Counted from the first letter of the stretch, positions 1 to 9,330 are shown. The stretch: 26,894 nucleotides of DNA from an uncultured Candidatus Saccharibacteria bacterium (GCA_964573355.1 CAZNJH010000001.1:10470-37363); one strand, 5' to 3'. Notes: generated by a model from the sequence alone, not told the origin. Program-made: numbers and translations.

Positions 1-23
1 AGTAGGAACAGTATGTTATTCAT
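1..23 (-). CDS. 5' end of a gene running off the left edge (MNNILFL...), possibly a YacL-like PIN/TRAM membrane protein
   Basis: ATG at 23-21 on the minus strand, 3 nt after the radA stop, followed by hydrophobic codons. The identity is only a guess from clpC-radA-yacL synteny known in other bacteria. Confidence 0.3.
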
Positions 24-26
24 GTA

Positions 27-1370
27 TTATGCTTTCAGATATGTATTTAATGCTTCTTTTACTGATGACACTGACGACAGTATAGTTGATCTTTTTTCAG
101 ATTTCGGACCTATGGATTTTTTAAAACCTAAGTGTTTAACTTCTTTTAATCGCTGCTCGATATACGGAACGTGACGAACCTCCCCAGAAAGACCAACCTC
201 ACCAAACACCACTGCGTCGTCTTTAAGCTTCATACCTTTTGCTGCAGATGCTATCGCCATACAAACTGCTAGATCAGCTGCTGGTTCAGTAATTTTAATA
301 CCCCCAACTACGTTAATGTAGACATCGTGCTCGCTCAGATCAAGCTTGGTCCGACGCGTGAGTACAGCGGTCAGTAAGTTGAGACGGTTTAAATCAAATC
401 CCGACGCTGCTCGCTTTGGATAACCAAATGATGTGCGATTAACTAACGCTTGAATTTCTACCAAAATCGGTCGCGTACCCTCCATTGCAGCCATGACAAT
501 CGAACCATCGGCGACTTGTCGTTCAGCAAGCAGCACAGCAGACGGATTGCTCACAGGCTCTAAACCTGACTCTTTCATATCAAAAATTCCGACTTCAGCT
601 GTTGATCCAAAACGATTTTTAACAGCCCTGAGGACCTTAAAACCACCATAGCGATCACCTTCAAGATTTAACACCACGTCAACAAGATGTTCGAGTAATT
701 TTGGTCCAGCAATACTCCCCTCTTTGGTAACGTGACCCACAACAATTAAGGTGGTTCCTGACTGTTTTGCAGCCTGTGTTAATAAGTACGTACTGTTTGT
801 GATTTGGCTCACCGAACCAGGTGCGGAAGCAACCGATTGACACGAAACCGTTTGAATCGAATCAACAATGACTACTTGATATTCACTGGTTAAAATTGTT
901 TGCGCGATATCATCACTGTTTGTTGAACTTGCTAAAAGTACGTGTTGATCGCGGGGTGCTATGCGACTAGCACGCAGACTCACTTGCTCAATTGACTCTT
1001 CGCCACTGATATATAATACCTTGTGCTTTTTTGCGAGTTGCGCTGCAAGTTGCATCAGTAATGTACTCTTACCGATACCAGGTTGCCCAGCAATCAAATT
1101 AACGCTCCCCGAAACAAAACCACCGCCCAGGACCGTATCGACATCGCTGACACCTGTTTTTTGACGTCCAATTGTCTTCGCCTCGTTAACTACACCTATC
1201 AGTTGCGGTTTAAGTGCCGAGCCTTTGATAGCGGCAAGTGCTGCGTCTTTACTGGCAGGAAGCTCTTCAACAAGACTATTCCAGGCCCCACAGGTACTAC
1301 ATCGGCCTGCCCATTTACTATGACGAGCACCACATTCTTGGCACACAAATTGTACGCTACTTTTTGCCAT
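27..1370 (-). CDS. radA: DNA repair protein RadA/Sms
   Basis: N-terminal C4 zinc finger (CQEC...CSTC), Walker A GQPGIGKS, Walker B VIVDSIQ, KNRFG motif and Lon-like C-terminal domain; 447 aa. Confidence 0.97.
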   Translation of the reverse strand: MAKSSVQFVCQECGARHSKWAGRCSTCGAWNSLVEELPASKDAALAAIKGSALKPQLIGVVNEAKTIGRQKTGVSDVDTVLGGGFVSGSVNLIAGQPGIGKSTLLMQLAAQLAKKHKVLYISGEESIEQVSLRASRIAPRDQHVLLASSTNSDDIAQTILTSEYQVVIVDSIQTVSCQSVASAPGSVSQITNSTYLLTQAAKQSGTTLIVVGHVTKEGSIAGPKLLEHLVDVVLNLEGDRYGGFKVLRAVKNRFGSTAEVGIFDMKESGLEPVSNPSAVLLAERQVADGSIVMAAMEGTRPILVEIQALVNRTSFGYPKRAASGFDLNRLNLLTAVLTRRTKLDLSEHDVYINVVGGIKITEPAADLAVCMAIASAAKGMKLKDDAVVFGEVGLSGEVRHVPYIEQRLKEVKHLGFKKSIGPKSEKRSTILSSVSSVKEALNTYLKA

Positions 1371-1377
1371 AGCTCTT

Positions 1378-1383
1378 AGTATA
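1378..1383 (-). promoter_or_regulatory. -10 box (TATACT) of radA, 7 nt before the ATG
   Basis: Plus strand AGTATA at 1378-1383; no Shine-Dalgarno sequence before the ATG. Confidence 0.6.
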
Positions 1384-1435
1384 CTCTATTCAATTTGCGA
1401 TATCGTACAAACGGACACAACAGACATTCAGGTGA

Positions 1436-2398
1436 TTACAAAATTTGTTGATAGGTGCTATCGAGCTCTTTCACGAGTTCATTTTGTGTTGCCGCGAGCG
1501 CATTTCGCTTCGCCACAATTTCGTTATAATCTTCTACAATTTGCTTCAGTGTACCAACATCAGCGTTAAAGTTTCGCACCAGCTGATTGTAGAGTGGCAC
1601 CGTTTGATTGTATTCATCAACCTGATTTCCAGACTTTAGCTGATCAAGCTTTGCTTTTTCACGCTCAATTGATCGCTGCTGTTCAGATAGTTGCAATTCT
1701 AATTGATCCTTTTGGGTCACCAAGGACTGCAGCTGAGTGTCATATGCTTTAATTTTCTGCTCGACTGCCTGAAACGTTTCTGCGTACTGCTTAGCATAGG
1801 TAACAATTTTGGCGCGGTCGTTAAAATAAATGCGATAGTGCGATTCAAGCGGCTCCGGGAGCACAGCAATCTCTGTGCCTAAAATAGAATGTAGCTCGTT
1901 TTCAACTTGCCCTGGTTCGGTCCGCTTATACTGCTCGATCGTAGCATTAAAACGCTCGTCTTGAATCGAGGCAGCCGCAGTACGTAACTGTTGGTTTAGT
2001 GCGTTCTTCTCTTTACTTGAAAGCCGTTCATACACTGCATGAAGCAACTCGTGGGCGGCTGTGACCTCTTTTACCCCTGCTAATCGTTCGTCAGTTACGT
2101 TGTAAACATAAAACCGCTGGCGAGTATAACAGCCAAGAACTATGCTTTGCTCTCGTGTGACAGAACTGCAAGCTGTATTAAATCTAAATGCGTTCAGCAC
2201 TTCAGGTCGACTTGCCTTAAACAAGAACCGCCCTTTGTCAGTCAAATCAAGCTTCGGTAACAACGTGAGCGATTCAGCTTCCAGCGGCGTACGATACGCT
2301 ACGTATTGGTCTTTCACATACTGCCAGTTCGTATACCCCCACACTGCTGCCATAGTTACAGCAAACACTACCAGAACTACACCCAAGCGTCGTTTCAT
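1436..2398 (-). CDS. Membrane-anchored putative zinc metallopeptidase with C-terminal coiled coil (320 aa)
   Basis: I moved the start from 2539 (which overlaps clpC) to ATG 2398, which has a TACAAT box 6 nt upstream. N-terminus MKRR plus a hydrophobic helix; HELLH (HExxH) at 2039-2053; downstream ENELHS; about 110 aa heptad-rich tail. Confidence 0.75.
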   Translation of the reverse strand: MKRRLGVVLVVFAVTMAAVWGYTNWQYVKDQYVAYRTPLEAESLTLLPKLDLTDKGRFLFKASRPEVLNAFRFNTACSSVTREQSIVLGCYTRQRFYVYNVTDERLAGVKEVTAAHELLHAVYERLSSKEKNALNQQLRTAAASIQDERFNATIEQYKRTEPGQVENELHSILGTEIAVLPEPLESHYRIYFNDRAKIVTYAKQYAETFQAVEQKIKAYDTQLQSLVTQKDQLELQLSEQQRSIEREKAKLDQLKSGNQVDEYNQTVPLYNQLVRNFNADVGTLKQIVEDYNEIVAKRNALAATQNELVKELDSTYQQIL

Positions 2399-2404
2399 AC
2401 ACTT

Positions 2405-2410
2405 ATTGTA
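2405..2410 (-). promoter_or_regulatory. -10 box (TACAAT) 6 nt before ATG 2398
   Basis: Plus strand ATTGTA at 2405-2410. Confidence 0.55.
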
Positions 2411-2437
2411 TCGTACTTCTTGCGAAGAAAGTACCGA
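2411..2437. other. Imperfect inverted repeat downstream of clpC (weak terminator or operator)
   Basis: TCGTACTTCTT-GCG-AAGAAAGTACCGA, about 12 bp stem with two bulges and no U-tract. Confidence 0.3.
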
Positions 2438-2453
2438 CCATACCTCACATATA

Positions 2454-4958
2454 TCACCGTGCAGGTTGTGGTTGTTTGGATAACTTTGAGCTTGAGACAA
2501 ACGTAACTTGTACTCCATCCTTATGGGGTTTGACTTCAATAATGGCGTTCGGTGATAAACTTCCCGCTATGATGGTTTCCGCAATCTGATCTTCAACTTC
2601 GTCTTGCAGCACCCGTCGCAACGTCCTAACACCAGTTTGTGGTCTATAGCCTTTTTTAAGTAGCACGCGCTTTGCACCCAGTGAGATACGAAGATCAAGT
2701 TGATGGTCTTCTCGCAATCTCTGCCGTAATTCTTCAATCTGAAGATTCAAAACCTGTAGCGCCTCTTTGTTTGTTAAGGCGCGGAAGATCACGACCTTAT
2801 CGATTCGATTAATCAACTCTGGTCGCATAACAGTTTTGAGCTCCTCAAGGACACGCTCTTTGTTTTCTTCATGCATGTCATCAAGATCAGTTTGCTCGCT
2901 TTCACTACTTACTCGAAAACCAAGTGTGGACTCACGCTGCAACTGCTCAGCACCGATGTTGCCAGTCATAATGATAACCGTATTGGTAAAATCGACACTC
3001 CGACCCTTTGCATCGGTCAGCACGCCATCTTCGAGGATCTGTAGTAACATATTGAACAAATCAGGATGCGCTATTTCAATTTCATCAAATAGAATCAGGC
3101 TATACGGATTACGTCGAACTTTATCTGTTAACTGACCACCTTCTTCATAGCCAACATAGCCAGCCGGCGCACCAACTAATCGTGCTGCGGTGTGTCGTTC
3201 CGAAAATTCGCTCATATCAATTTTTATAAGCGCATCTTCACGATCATATAGCTCGCGCGCCAAGACGCGTGCAAGCTCAGTTTTACCTACACCTGATGGC
3301 CCTAAAAATACGAATGATCCAATTGGCCGCGTGCGTGCACTTACACCGGATCGATTGCGACGTATTGCTCGAGAAACCGCTTGCAGTGCTTCGGATTGGC
3401 CTATCACATATTTGCTCAACGTTTTTTCGAGGTTCAGCAAATATGACGCCTCTTTCTTTAGTATCTTTTGGGTTGGAATTCCGGTCATAGATGAGACTGC
3501 GCTGGCTAAATCATTCTCGGTCATGGTTAATCGATTTCGACTTTTACCTCGCCGTTTTTCAAGTGTGTTTTCAAGTTCGGCGAGCTTAGCCTTGTGCTGT
3601 GCGGCTACTTCAAAGTTTTCGTGGAGAACTGCTTCTTCCATACGATGTCGACAAAGCTTAATCTCCTTGATCACTCGTCGTTGCGCGTCTGGTATATGCG
3701 ACCGTTCAACGCGGATATGCGCGGCTGTCTCATCAAGCAAATCGAGTGCCTTGTCTGGCATAAATCGCTCACTCATATAACGATCGCTCAATCTAACCGT
3801 CTGCTCAACAACCGCATCATCGATGCTCACGCCGTGGTGCGCCTCGTACTTAGCTTTCAGTCCTTGCAAAATTGCTATCGTTTCTTCAATACTTGGCGGC
3901 AGTACTTCAACACTTTGAAACCGTCGTTCAAGTGCTGCGTCTTTTTCGATGCTTTTTTGATATTCATCTATGGTTGTGGCACCAATTACACGCATGGTAC
4001 CCCGAGCCAATACGGGCTTAAGAATATTTGCTGCATCGAGGGCGCCTTCGGCAGCACCAGCACCAACAAGTAAATGAATCTCATCAATAAATACAATAAC
4101 ATTGGTGTCGGCGGCAATCTCTTGCATAATCGCCTTCAGCCGCTCTTCAAACTCTCCGCGATACTTTGTTCCGGCAATCATACTTGCTAAGTCCAACATT
4201 ATCAGCCGTTTATCAAGCAGATTTTCGGGGACATTTTCCTCAGCAATACGCTGAGCTAGGCCCTCAACAATTGCTGTCTTACCAACACCTGGCTCACCTA
4301 TAAGTACTGGGTTATTTTTTGTGCGGCGCGACAAGATCGTAATAACTCGTCGCAATTCTTTGGCCCGTCCAATCACGGGATCTAGTCGACCCGCTTTCGC
4401 CTCAGCTGTTAGATCAGTACCGAAGAATTCGAGTGCGCTTTGCGCTTTTTTATTTCGTGGTTTTTTCGTGGATGTAGATTCCTCAAATTCAAACCGCTGC
4501 TGGTTAAGATAGTTTTCAAGTTCACTCGTTAAGTCGTTCACATTAATATTCATATCGCGTAGCAGCACATTGGCGCGAGCATTTTTTTGTATCAATATGC
4601 TGTACAAAATATGCTCGGTCCCACAGTAATCCTGGTTGAACTCTTTCGCAATCTCCCAGCTTGTACGCAGTGTCAGTTTTGCAGCTTCACTCAATCCCTT
4701 GCTGTTTGCGAGATTAATCACCAATGCTTTCGGAGTAAGCTTAAGAGCAGTTCGTGCCCGGTCAAGTGTCACGCCGGATGTTTCTAATAGCTTGGCGCCA
4801 ATTGATCCGTCCTGACTCAACACACCAAGCAGAATATGCTCAGTCCCGATATATGCACTACCAAAGCCACGAGCAATACCCTCGGCATGCTGTAGGCTCA
4901 GTCGCGCATTTTCGGTCAACCGAGTGAAAAATTCTTGAAAATCTTTTGCAGAATGCAT
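2454..4958 (-). CDS. clpC: ATP-dependent Clp protease ATP-binding subunit ClpC
   Basis: Clp N-domain, D1 Walker A GEPGVGKT and Walker B FIDEIH, short UVR-type middle domain, D2 [13 protein letters not shown] pore loop and LGF ClpP-docking loop; 834 aa. Confidence 0.93.
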   Translation of the reverse strand: MHSAKDFQEFFTRLTENARLSLQHAEGIARGFGSAYIGTEHILLGVLSQDGSIGAKLLETSGVTLDRARTALKLTPKALVINLANSKGLSEAAKLTLRTSWEIAKEFNQDYCGTEHILYSILIQKNARANVLLRDMNINVNDLTSELENYLNQQRFEFEESTSTKKPRNKKAQSALEFFGTDLTAEAKAGRLDPVIGRAKELRRVITILSRRTKNNPVLIGEPGVGKTAIVEGLAQRIAEENVPENLLDKRLIMLDLASMIAGTKYRGEFEERLKAIMQEIAADTNVIVFIDEIHLLVGAGAAEGALDAANILKPVLARGTMRVIGATTIDEYQKSIEKDAALERRFQSVEVLPPSIEETIAILQGLKAKYEAHHGVSIDDAVVEQTVRLSDRYMSERFMPDKALDLLDETAAHIRVERSHIPDAQRRVIKEIKLCRHRMEEAVLHENFEVAAQHKAKLAELENTLEKRRGKSRNRLTMTENDLASAVSSMTGIPTQKILKKEASYLLNLEKTLSKYVIGQSEALQAVSRAIRRNRSGVSARTRPIGSFVFLGPSGVGKTELARVLARELYDREDALIKIDMSEFSERHTAARLVGAPAGYVGYEEGGQLTDKVRRNPYSLILFDEIEIAHPDLFNMLLQILEDGVLTDAKGRSVDFTNTVIIMTGNIGAEQLQRESTLGFRVSSESEQTDLDDMHEENKERVLEELKTVMRPELINRIDKVVIFRALTNKEALQVLNLQIEELRQRLREDHQLDLRISLGAKRVLLKKGYRPQTGVRTLRRVLQDEVEDQIAETIIAGSLSPNAIIEVKPHKDGVQVTFVSSSKLSKQPQPAR

Positions 4959-4964
4959 GCTTCC

Positions 4965-4992
4965 ATTGTAGCACTTAGCACTCCAAACGCAA
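4965..4992 (-). promoter_or_regulatory. sigma70-type promoter of clpC: TTGCGT-N16-TACAAT with extended -10 (TGc)
   Basis: -10 at 4965-4970, TG at 4972-4973, -35-like hexamer at 4987-4992. The predicted start site falls at or near the A of the ATG (4958). Confidence 0.65.
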
Positions 4993-5001
4993 GAGTGCTA
5001 A
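4975..5001. promoter_or_regulatory. CIRCE element (HrcA operator)
   Basis: Perfect TTAGCACTC-N9(CAAACGCAA)-GAGTGCTAA overlapping the clpC promoter. Confidence 0.95.
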
Positions 5002-5031
5002 ATTGATATTACGAGCATATTACTTATAGTC

Positions 5032-5400
5032 CTAGGCATCGTGTGGGCAGATAAAATAGTAGTCTTGCAACCCCTGCTCTTCATCGCAACCTTCACACTT
5101 GTCAAAAATTGTGAGTACTCGCTGCGCGCCGACGTCTCGTTGCAAGCTTCGATCAGCATCAACGAGCGCCCAAAGATCATGATCACATTCAGCTACAGCC
5201 TCCTCCTGAAGCGCGGACAATACAACATAAGAACCTGTGCGCACGGTGTTTGGTGCAGCCGATGTCATATATTCACCACACCGCTGCTTGCAGTAGTCTG
5301 GAACACCATCATAATTAACGCTATTGTACCAATATGCACCTTCACCAAGAGGGCACGTGCCGGGTACACCACTTGCACCTTTCGACGATTGCGCTGACAT
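5032..5400 (-). CDS. Hypothetical Cys/His-rich protein (122 aa) downstream of nusA
   Basis: ATG 9 nt after the nusA stop; fills the intergenic gap; codons look protein-like; 7 Cys including CEGC, CKQRC and CPH. No family recognised. Confidence 0.6.
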   Translation of the reverse strand: MSAQSSKGASGVPGTCPLGEGAYWYNSVNYDGVPDYCKQRCGEYMTSAAPNTVRTGSYVVLSALQEEAVAECDHDLWALVDADRSLQRDVGAQRVLTIFDKCEGCDEEQGLQDYYFICPHDA

Positions 5401-5409
5401 ACAATTTCT

Positions 5410-6600
5410 CTATTCGCCGTGCTCTTCGATTGCGCCCAGCAAGCCGGCTTCAATGTCGTCACGACGTTTCGGTTTGACTGGTTTTTTCGTAGCTGGTGCC
5501 TCTTCGGCTACAGGCGCTTCTTTGGGAGCAGCTTCAGCCACTTCTTGGCGAGCAGCAGTTCCAGCTTCGATATCGAGTTCATAGCCGGTTAATTTACTGG
5601 CGAGTCGTACATTCTGACCAGCCTTTCCAATAGCGATGGAAAGTTGCGATTGGTCGACAATAACCTTTGCGTGTTTTGCTTTTTCATTCAACTCCACACG
5701 AATTACCTCTGTTGGAGACAGCGCATTTTTGATATACGTTTCAGTGTCGTCAGCAAATGTTATAATATCAATTTTCTCTTGGTCGCCAATTTCATTCATC
5801 ACAGCCTGGACTCGCGTACCATGCCCACCCACAAAAGTACCAACAGGATCCACACCTTGCACTGTTGAAGCCACTGCAAGCTTGGTACGCATACCAGCTT
5901 GTCGTGCAATACCTTTAATTTCGACTGCTCCGGATTCCATTTCAGGAACTTCTTGCCTAAAAAGATACTCGATGAATGGTTCGTTTGCCCGAGAAAGCAC
6001 CAGCTGTGGCCCTCTGTTTCCACGCTCAACATCCTTCAAGAACACTTTTAAGCGAGAACCAACACCGTAGTATTCACCTGGAATTTGCTCACTCGCAGGT
6101 AAAATACCAGTCGCTTTTCCAAGGTCAATCCGTACCACTCGTGGCTCAACCCGTTGCACAGTTCCAACGATGACCGTTCCAATTTTGTCTTCGTACTCTT
6201 CCATAATAATTTCGCGCTCGGCCTCACGAAGTCGTTGTAAAATAACCTGTTTCGCTGTTTGTGCAGCAACACGTCCGAACGTTGTAGGATGTGCCGCTTC
6301 GGTTATAACATCACCAACTTTGGCATCTTTTTTATATTTCTTAGCTTGCTCGACGGTTAGCTGCTGGGCATCGTTCTCAACAGCATCATCTTCAACCACA
6401 TCGTAACTAGTAATTGCCGTTACATCGCCGGTATTTTGATTTAACTGGACGCTTACATTCTGTTCTCGTTCACCAAAATCTTTACGGTATGCGGCTGCTA
6501 TTGCCTGCTCGACAGCTTCATGAACAATATCTTCTGGCAAGTTCTTTTCCTCGGCGAGCACCTTGATTGCTGCTACCAATTGTTTAATTTGTAATTCCAT
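5410..6600 (-). CDS. nusA: Transcription termination/antitermination factor NusA
   Basis: NusA N-domain, FGRVAAQTAKQVI motif, S1 and two KH domains (GGHG, AIGKAGQNVRLA), low-complexity tail; AAAGGA 7 nt before the ATG. Confidence 0.97.
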   Translation of the reverse strand: MELQIKQLVAAIKVLAEEKNLPEDIVHEAVEQAIAAAYRKDFGEREQNVSVQLNQNTGDVTAITSYDVVEDDAVENDAQQLTVEQAKKYKKDAKVGDVITEAAHPTTFGRVAAQTAKQVILQRLREAEREIIMEEYEDKIGTVIVGTVQRVEPRVVRIDLGKATGILPASEQIPGEYYGVGSRLKVFLKDVERGNRGPQLVLSRANEPFIEYLFRQEVPEMESGAVEIKGIARQAGMRTKLAVASTVQGVDPVGTFVGGHGTRVQAVMNEIGDQEKIDIITFADDTETYIKNALSPTEVIRVELNEKAKHAKVIVDQSQLSIAIGKAGQNVRLASKLTGYELDIEAGTAARQEVAEAAPKEAPVAEEAPATKKPVKPKRRDDIEAGLLGAIEEHGE

Positions 6601-6646
6601 ATTTATTTCCTTTCATTTTTACTTCAAATCGTATGGTCTCTGTATG

Positions 6647-6671
6647 AAAAATTCCGACCACTGTGGCCGGA
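6647..6671 (-). terminator. Terminator-like hairpin in the nusA leader (putative attenuator)
   Basis: TCCGGCCA-CAG-TGGTCGGA (8 bp, one G-U pair) followed by ATTTTTCA. Confidence 0.5.
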
Positions 6672-6679
6672 CTGAACTT

Positions 6680-6688
6680 AGTATACCA
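6680..6688 (-). promoter_or_regulatory. Extended -10 promoter of nusA (TGgTATACT)
   Basis: Plus strand AGTATACCA at 6680-6688, giving a leader of about 73 nt. Confidence 0.6.
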
Positions 6689-6702
6689 CAGCTACGCAAA
6701 AA

Positions 6703-6718
6703 GACATAATGACATAAT
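6703..6718. repeat. Tandem 8-bp direct repeat GACATAAT x2
   Basis: Read directly; lies over the expected -35 region of the nusA promoter. Confidence 0.55.
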
Positions 6719-6771
6719 ACAGTGTGTAAACGGGATTTTCGCGATATTTTATATCTTGCACACGCATAGCT

Positions 6772-6777
6772 TATACT
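6772..6777 (+). promoter_or_regulatory. -10 box (TATACT) of pepN, 6 nt before the ATG
   Basis: TATACT-GGCACT-ATG. Confidence 0.6.
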
Positions 6778-6783
6778 GGCACT

Positions 6784-9306
6784 ATGTTTACACAACTTTA
6801 TTCTCAATTTAACCCATCACACTACGATCTTACAATCAATATTAATCATGATGCAATGAGCTTTCAGGGCAGTGTTACCATCACAGGAGCTATGCCTAAG
6901 TCATCGAAACAAATTCAACTTCACGCCAAAGACCTTATCATCAACAGCGCGACCGTAAATGATGAGCTCGCTCAAACTGAGTGTACAGACGACCTATTAG
7001 CTGTGCGTGTGCCAACTGATATACCAGTAGGTGATGTACGCCTTACACTCGAATTCAGTGGCATAATCACTGATGCAATGCATGGCATGTATCCCTGCTA
7101 CTTCAATCATAATGGTGTGCAGAAAAAGTTAATCGCAACACAGTTTGAAAGTCATCATGCTCGCGAAGTATTCCCGTGTATTGATGAACCTGCTGCCAAA
7201 GCGACTTTCGCCCTGACGCTCGTAACTAATCAGGATGAAACGGTACTCTCAAATATGCCTCCTATGGAAACTACGGTAGAAAATAGCAAGAAGACAACCG
7301 TCTTCGAAACCACACCAAAAATGAGCACCTACCTCCTTGCCTTTGTGTGTGGTGATATGGTTAAAAGAGAGGCCACAACAAAAGATGGTGTTGTTGTACG
7401 CTGCTGGGCGAGTGCCGCCCAAAATGAAAACTGGCTGGACTATTCGGTAAAAGAAACTGTTGCTTTGATAGAATTTTATAATGATTATTTTGGCGTTGCA
7501 TACCCACTCAGCAAGTGCGACCAAGTAGCATTGCCAGATTTTGAAAGTGGTGCTATGGAAAACTGGGGACTCATCACTTATCGTGAGACGGTACTTCTGT
7601 CAGATCCAGCCAATCCATCATTGTCTACCCTACAATATATTACCCTCGTCGTTGCACACGAACTTTCACATCAGTGGTTTGGTAATCTCGTGACTATGAA
7701 GTGGTGGGACGATTTATGGCTGAACGAAAGTTTCGCCAATATGACAGAGTACCTTGCAGCAGATAAGCTTCATCCAGAATGGCAGATCTGGGAAGAGTTT
7801 GTGGCTCAAGATGTTGCTTCTGCGACCAATCGAGATGTCTATAAAGACGTGCAAGCCGTTCGAGTTGCAGTGAATACACCAGAGGAAATTCATACACTCT
7901 TTGATCCATCAATTGTATACGCTAAAGGTGGTAAACTTCTTAAAATGCTGCACGCTCTAGTTGGCGATGATGCCTGGAGGACTGGACTTAAGCACTATTT
8001 TGAAACACACCAATACGGCAATACAACACGAGACGATCTATGGAAAGCACTTGAGACGGCAACCCCCATTAATATCGCGGCACTCATGAATACGTGGATA
8101 GATCATCCAGGCCAGCCGCTTGTGACAGTCTCGCAACAAGCAAAAAATCTCAACCTAAAACAAGAGCGTCTACTGCTCGACGGCACAGACACCAGTACTC
8201 TCTGGCAGATTCCGCTTCTTTCAGCATCAACACCTGATCTTTTGAAGACTCGAAGCGAAACTTTTCAACTAGAGACGAGTGATATCGCTCGACTGAATCA
8301 GTCGGGTATTGGTCACTATATCGTTCATTACACCGAAGATCATCAAACAGCTGCGATGACTCGTTTTCTCGCTGATCCCAAGCTGTCGAGCGAATGGAAG
8401 ATAACCTACCTCAATGGATTGGTTATGCTTGCTCGATACGGTCGCATTTCTCTTGATCAAGCACTTGAGAGTATAAAAAATAATACAAGCGAACCGCGTG
8501 CAGCGGTTTGGTCACATATTGCAGGCATCCTCGGCAGTGCCCGTATGATTATAGAGGGCGACGAGTCGCTTGAAGCAGTCCTCAAGGATCTAACGTACAA
8601 CCTAAGCAGTCACCAACTCCACAGACTCGGCTGGGAATACAAAACTGATGACCCAAGTAACACAACACATCTGCGGACAACATTGATTGGACTCGCAATT
8701 GCAAGCGAACACATGGACGTTATAAAACAGGCTCTCGCTCTCTACAACAGCGCTCCCGCTGAACAGCTTCCTGCAGAAATTAGATCAATGCTCCTCGGCG
8801 TGGCGGTTCGTTATGGAAATATGACAGATTTTAATACGCTCATTGAACTCTACAAAACTTCAGTTAATGCAGATTTTAAAAATGATATTACCGCTGCGCT
8901 GTGCTCAACACGAAAACCAGCGCAAGCAAAAATACTCACAAAACTTATGCTTGATACATCCGTTGTTAAAACTCAAGATACCATCCGCTGGTATATTTAC
9001 TTACTGAGAAACCGGTATGTTCGACATGTTGCGTGGGATTGGTTAACGACAAACTGGGAGTGGGTGATGCAACAGTTCGGTGGTAGCAAAAGCTACGACG
9101 ATTTTGCTCGCTATAGTGCGTCAATCTTCAACACAGCAGAACAATTAAAGCAATACGTAGACTTTTTTGAGCCCAAAGCCCATGATGCCGCGCTGCAGCG
9201 AGCAATCAAAATTGGAGTGAATGAAATAACTGCTAAAAGCGCGTGGCGAAAGCGCGATGCAACCCAAGTTAAGCAGTGGCTCCTTAAATACTCTCAAGAA
9301 AATTAG
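6784..9306 (+). CDS. pepN: M1 family aminopeptidase N
   Basis: GAMEN exopeptidase motif, HELSH-x18-E (NESFA) zinc site, catalytic Tyr (IVYAKG) and ERAP1-like C-terminal domain; 840 aa, no signal peptide. Confidence 0.95.
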   Translation: MFTQLYSQFNPSHYDLTININHDAMSFQGSVTITGAMPKSSKQIQLHAKDLIINSATVNDELAQTECTDDLLAVRVPTDIPVGDVRLTLEFSGIITDAMHGMYPCYFNHNGVQKKLIATQFESHHAREVFPCIDEPAAKATFALTLVTNQDETVLSNMPPMETTVENSKKTTVFETTPKMSTYLLAFVCGDMVKREATTKDGVVVRCWASAAQNENWLDYSVKETVALIEFYNDYFGVAYPLSKCDQVALPDFESGAMENWGLITYRETVLLSDPANPSLSTLQYITLVVAHELSHQWFGNLVTMKWWDDLWLNESFANMTEYLAADKLHPEWQIWEEFVAQDVASATNRDVYKDVQAVRVAVNTPEEIHTLFDPSIVYAKGGKLLKMLHALVGDDAWRTGLKHYFETHQYGNTTRDDLWKALETATPINIAALMNTWIDHPGQPLVTVSQQAKNLNLKQERLLLDGTDTSTLWQIPLLSASTPDLLKTRSETFQLETSDIARLNQSGIGHYIVHYTEDHQTAAMTRFLADPKLSSEWKITYLNGLVMLARYGRISLDQALESIKNNTSEPRAAVWSHIAGILGSARMIIEGDESLEAVLKDLTYNLSSHQLHRLGWEYKTDDPSNTTHLRTTLIGLAIASEHMDVIKQALALYNSAPAEQLPAEIRSMLLGVAVRYGNMTDFNTLIELYKTSVNADFKNDITAALCSTRKPAQAKILTKLMLDTSVVKTQDTIRWYIYLLRNRYVRHVAWDWLTTNWEWVMQQFGGSKSYDDFARYSASIFNTAEQLKQYVDFFEPKAHDAALQRAIKIGVNEITAKSAWRKRDATQVKQWLLKYSQEN

Positions 9307-9330
9307 CAATCGAATAATTTACGACGTAGT

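Noticed and set aside
2399-2539. N-terminal extension of the 367-aa ORF
   Set aside because: It overlaps the clpC 3' end; ATG 2398 gives a proper signal-anchor N-terminus and has a -10 box 6 nt upstream.
2767-4787. Antisense ORFs inside clpC (122, 196, 159 aa and others)
   Set aside because: Shadow frames of a conserved gene, rich in Ser/Arg/Ile, with no motifs or start signals.
4959-5031. CtsR box upstream of clpC
   Set aside because: No GGTCAAA-type heptad repeats; the dyad present is a CIRCE.
5041-5397. Plus-strand 118-aa ORF opposite the Cys-rich gene
   Set aside because: GTG start with no promoter or SD; the minus-strand frame is coupled to nusA and looks more codon-typical.
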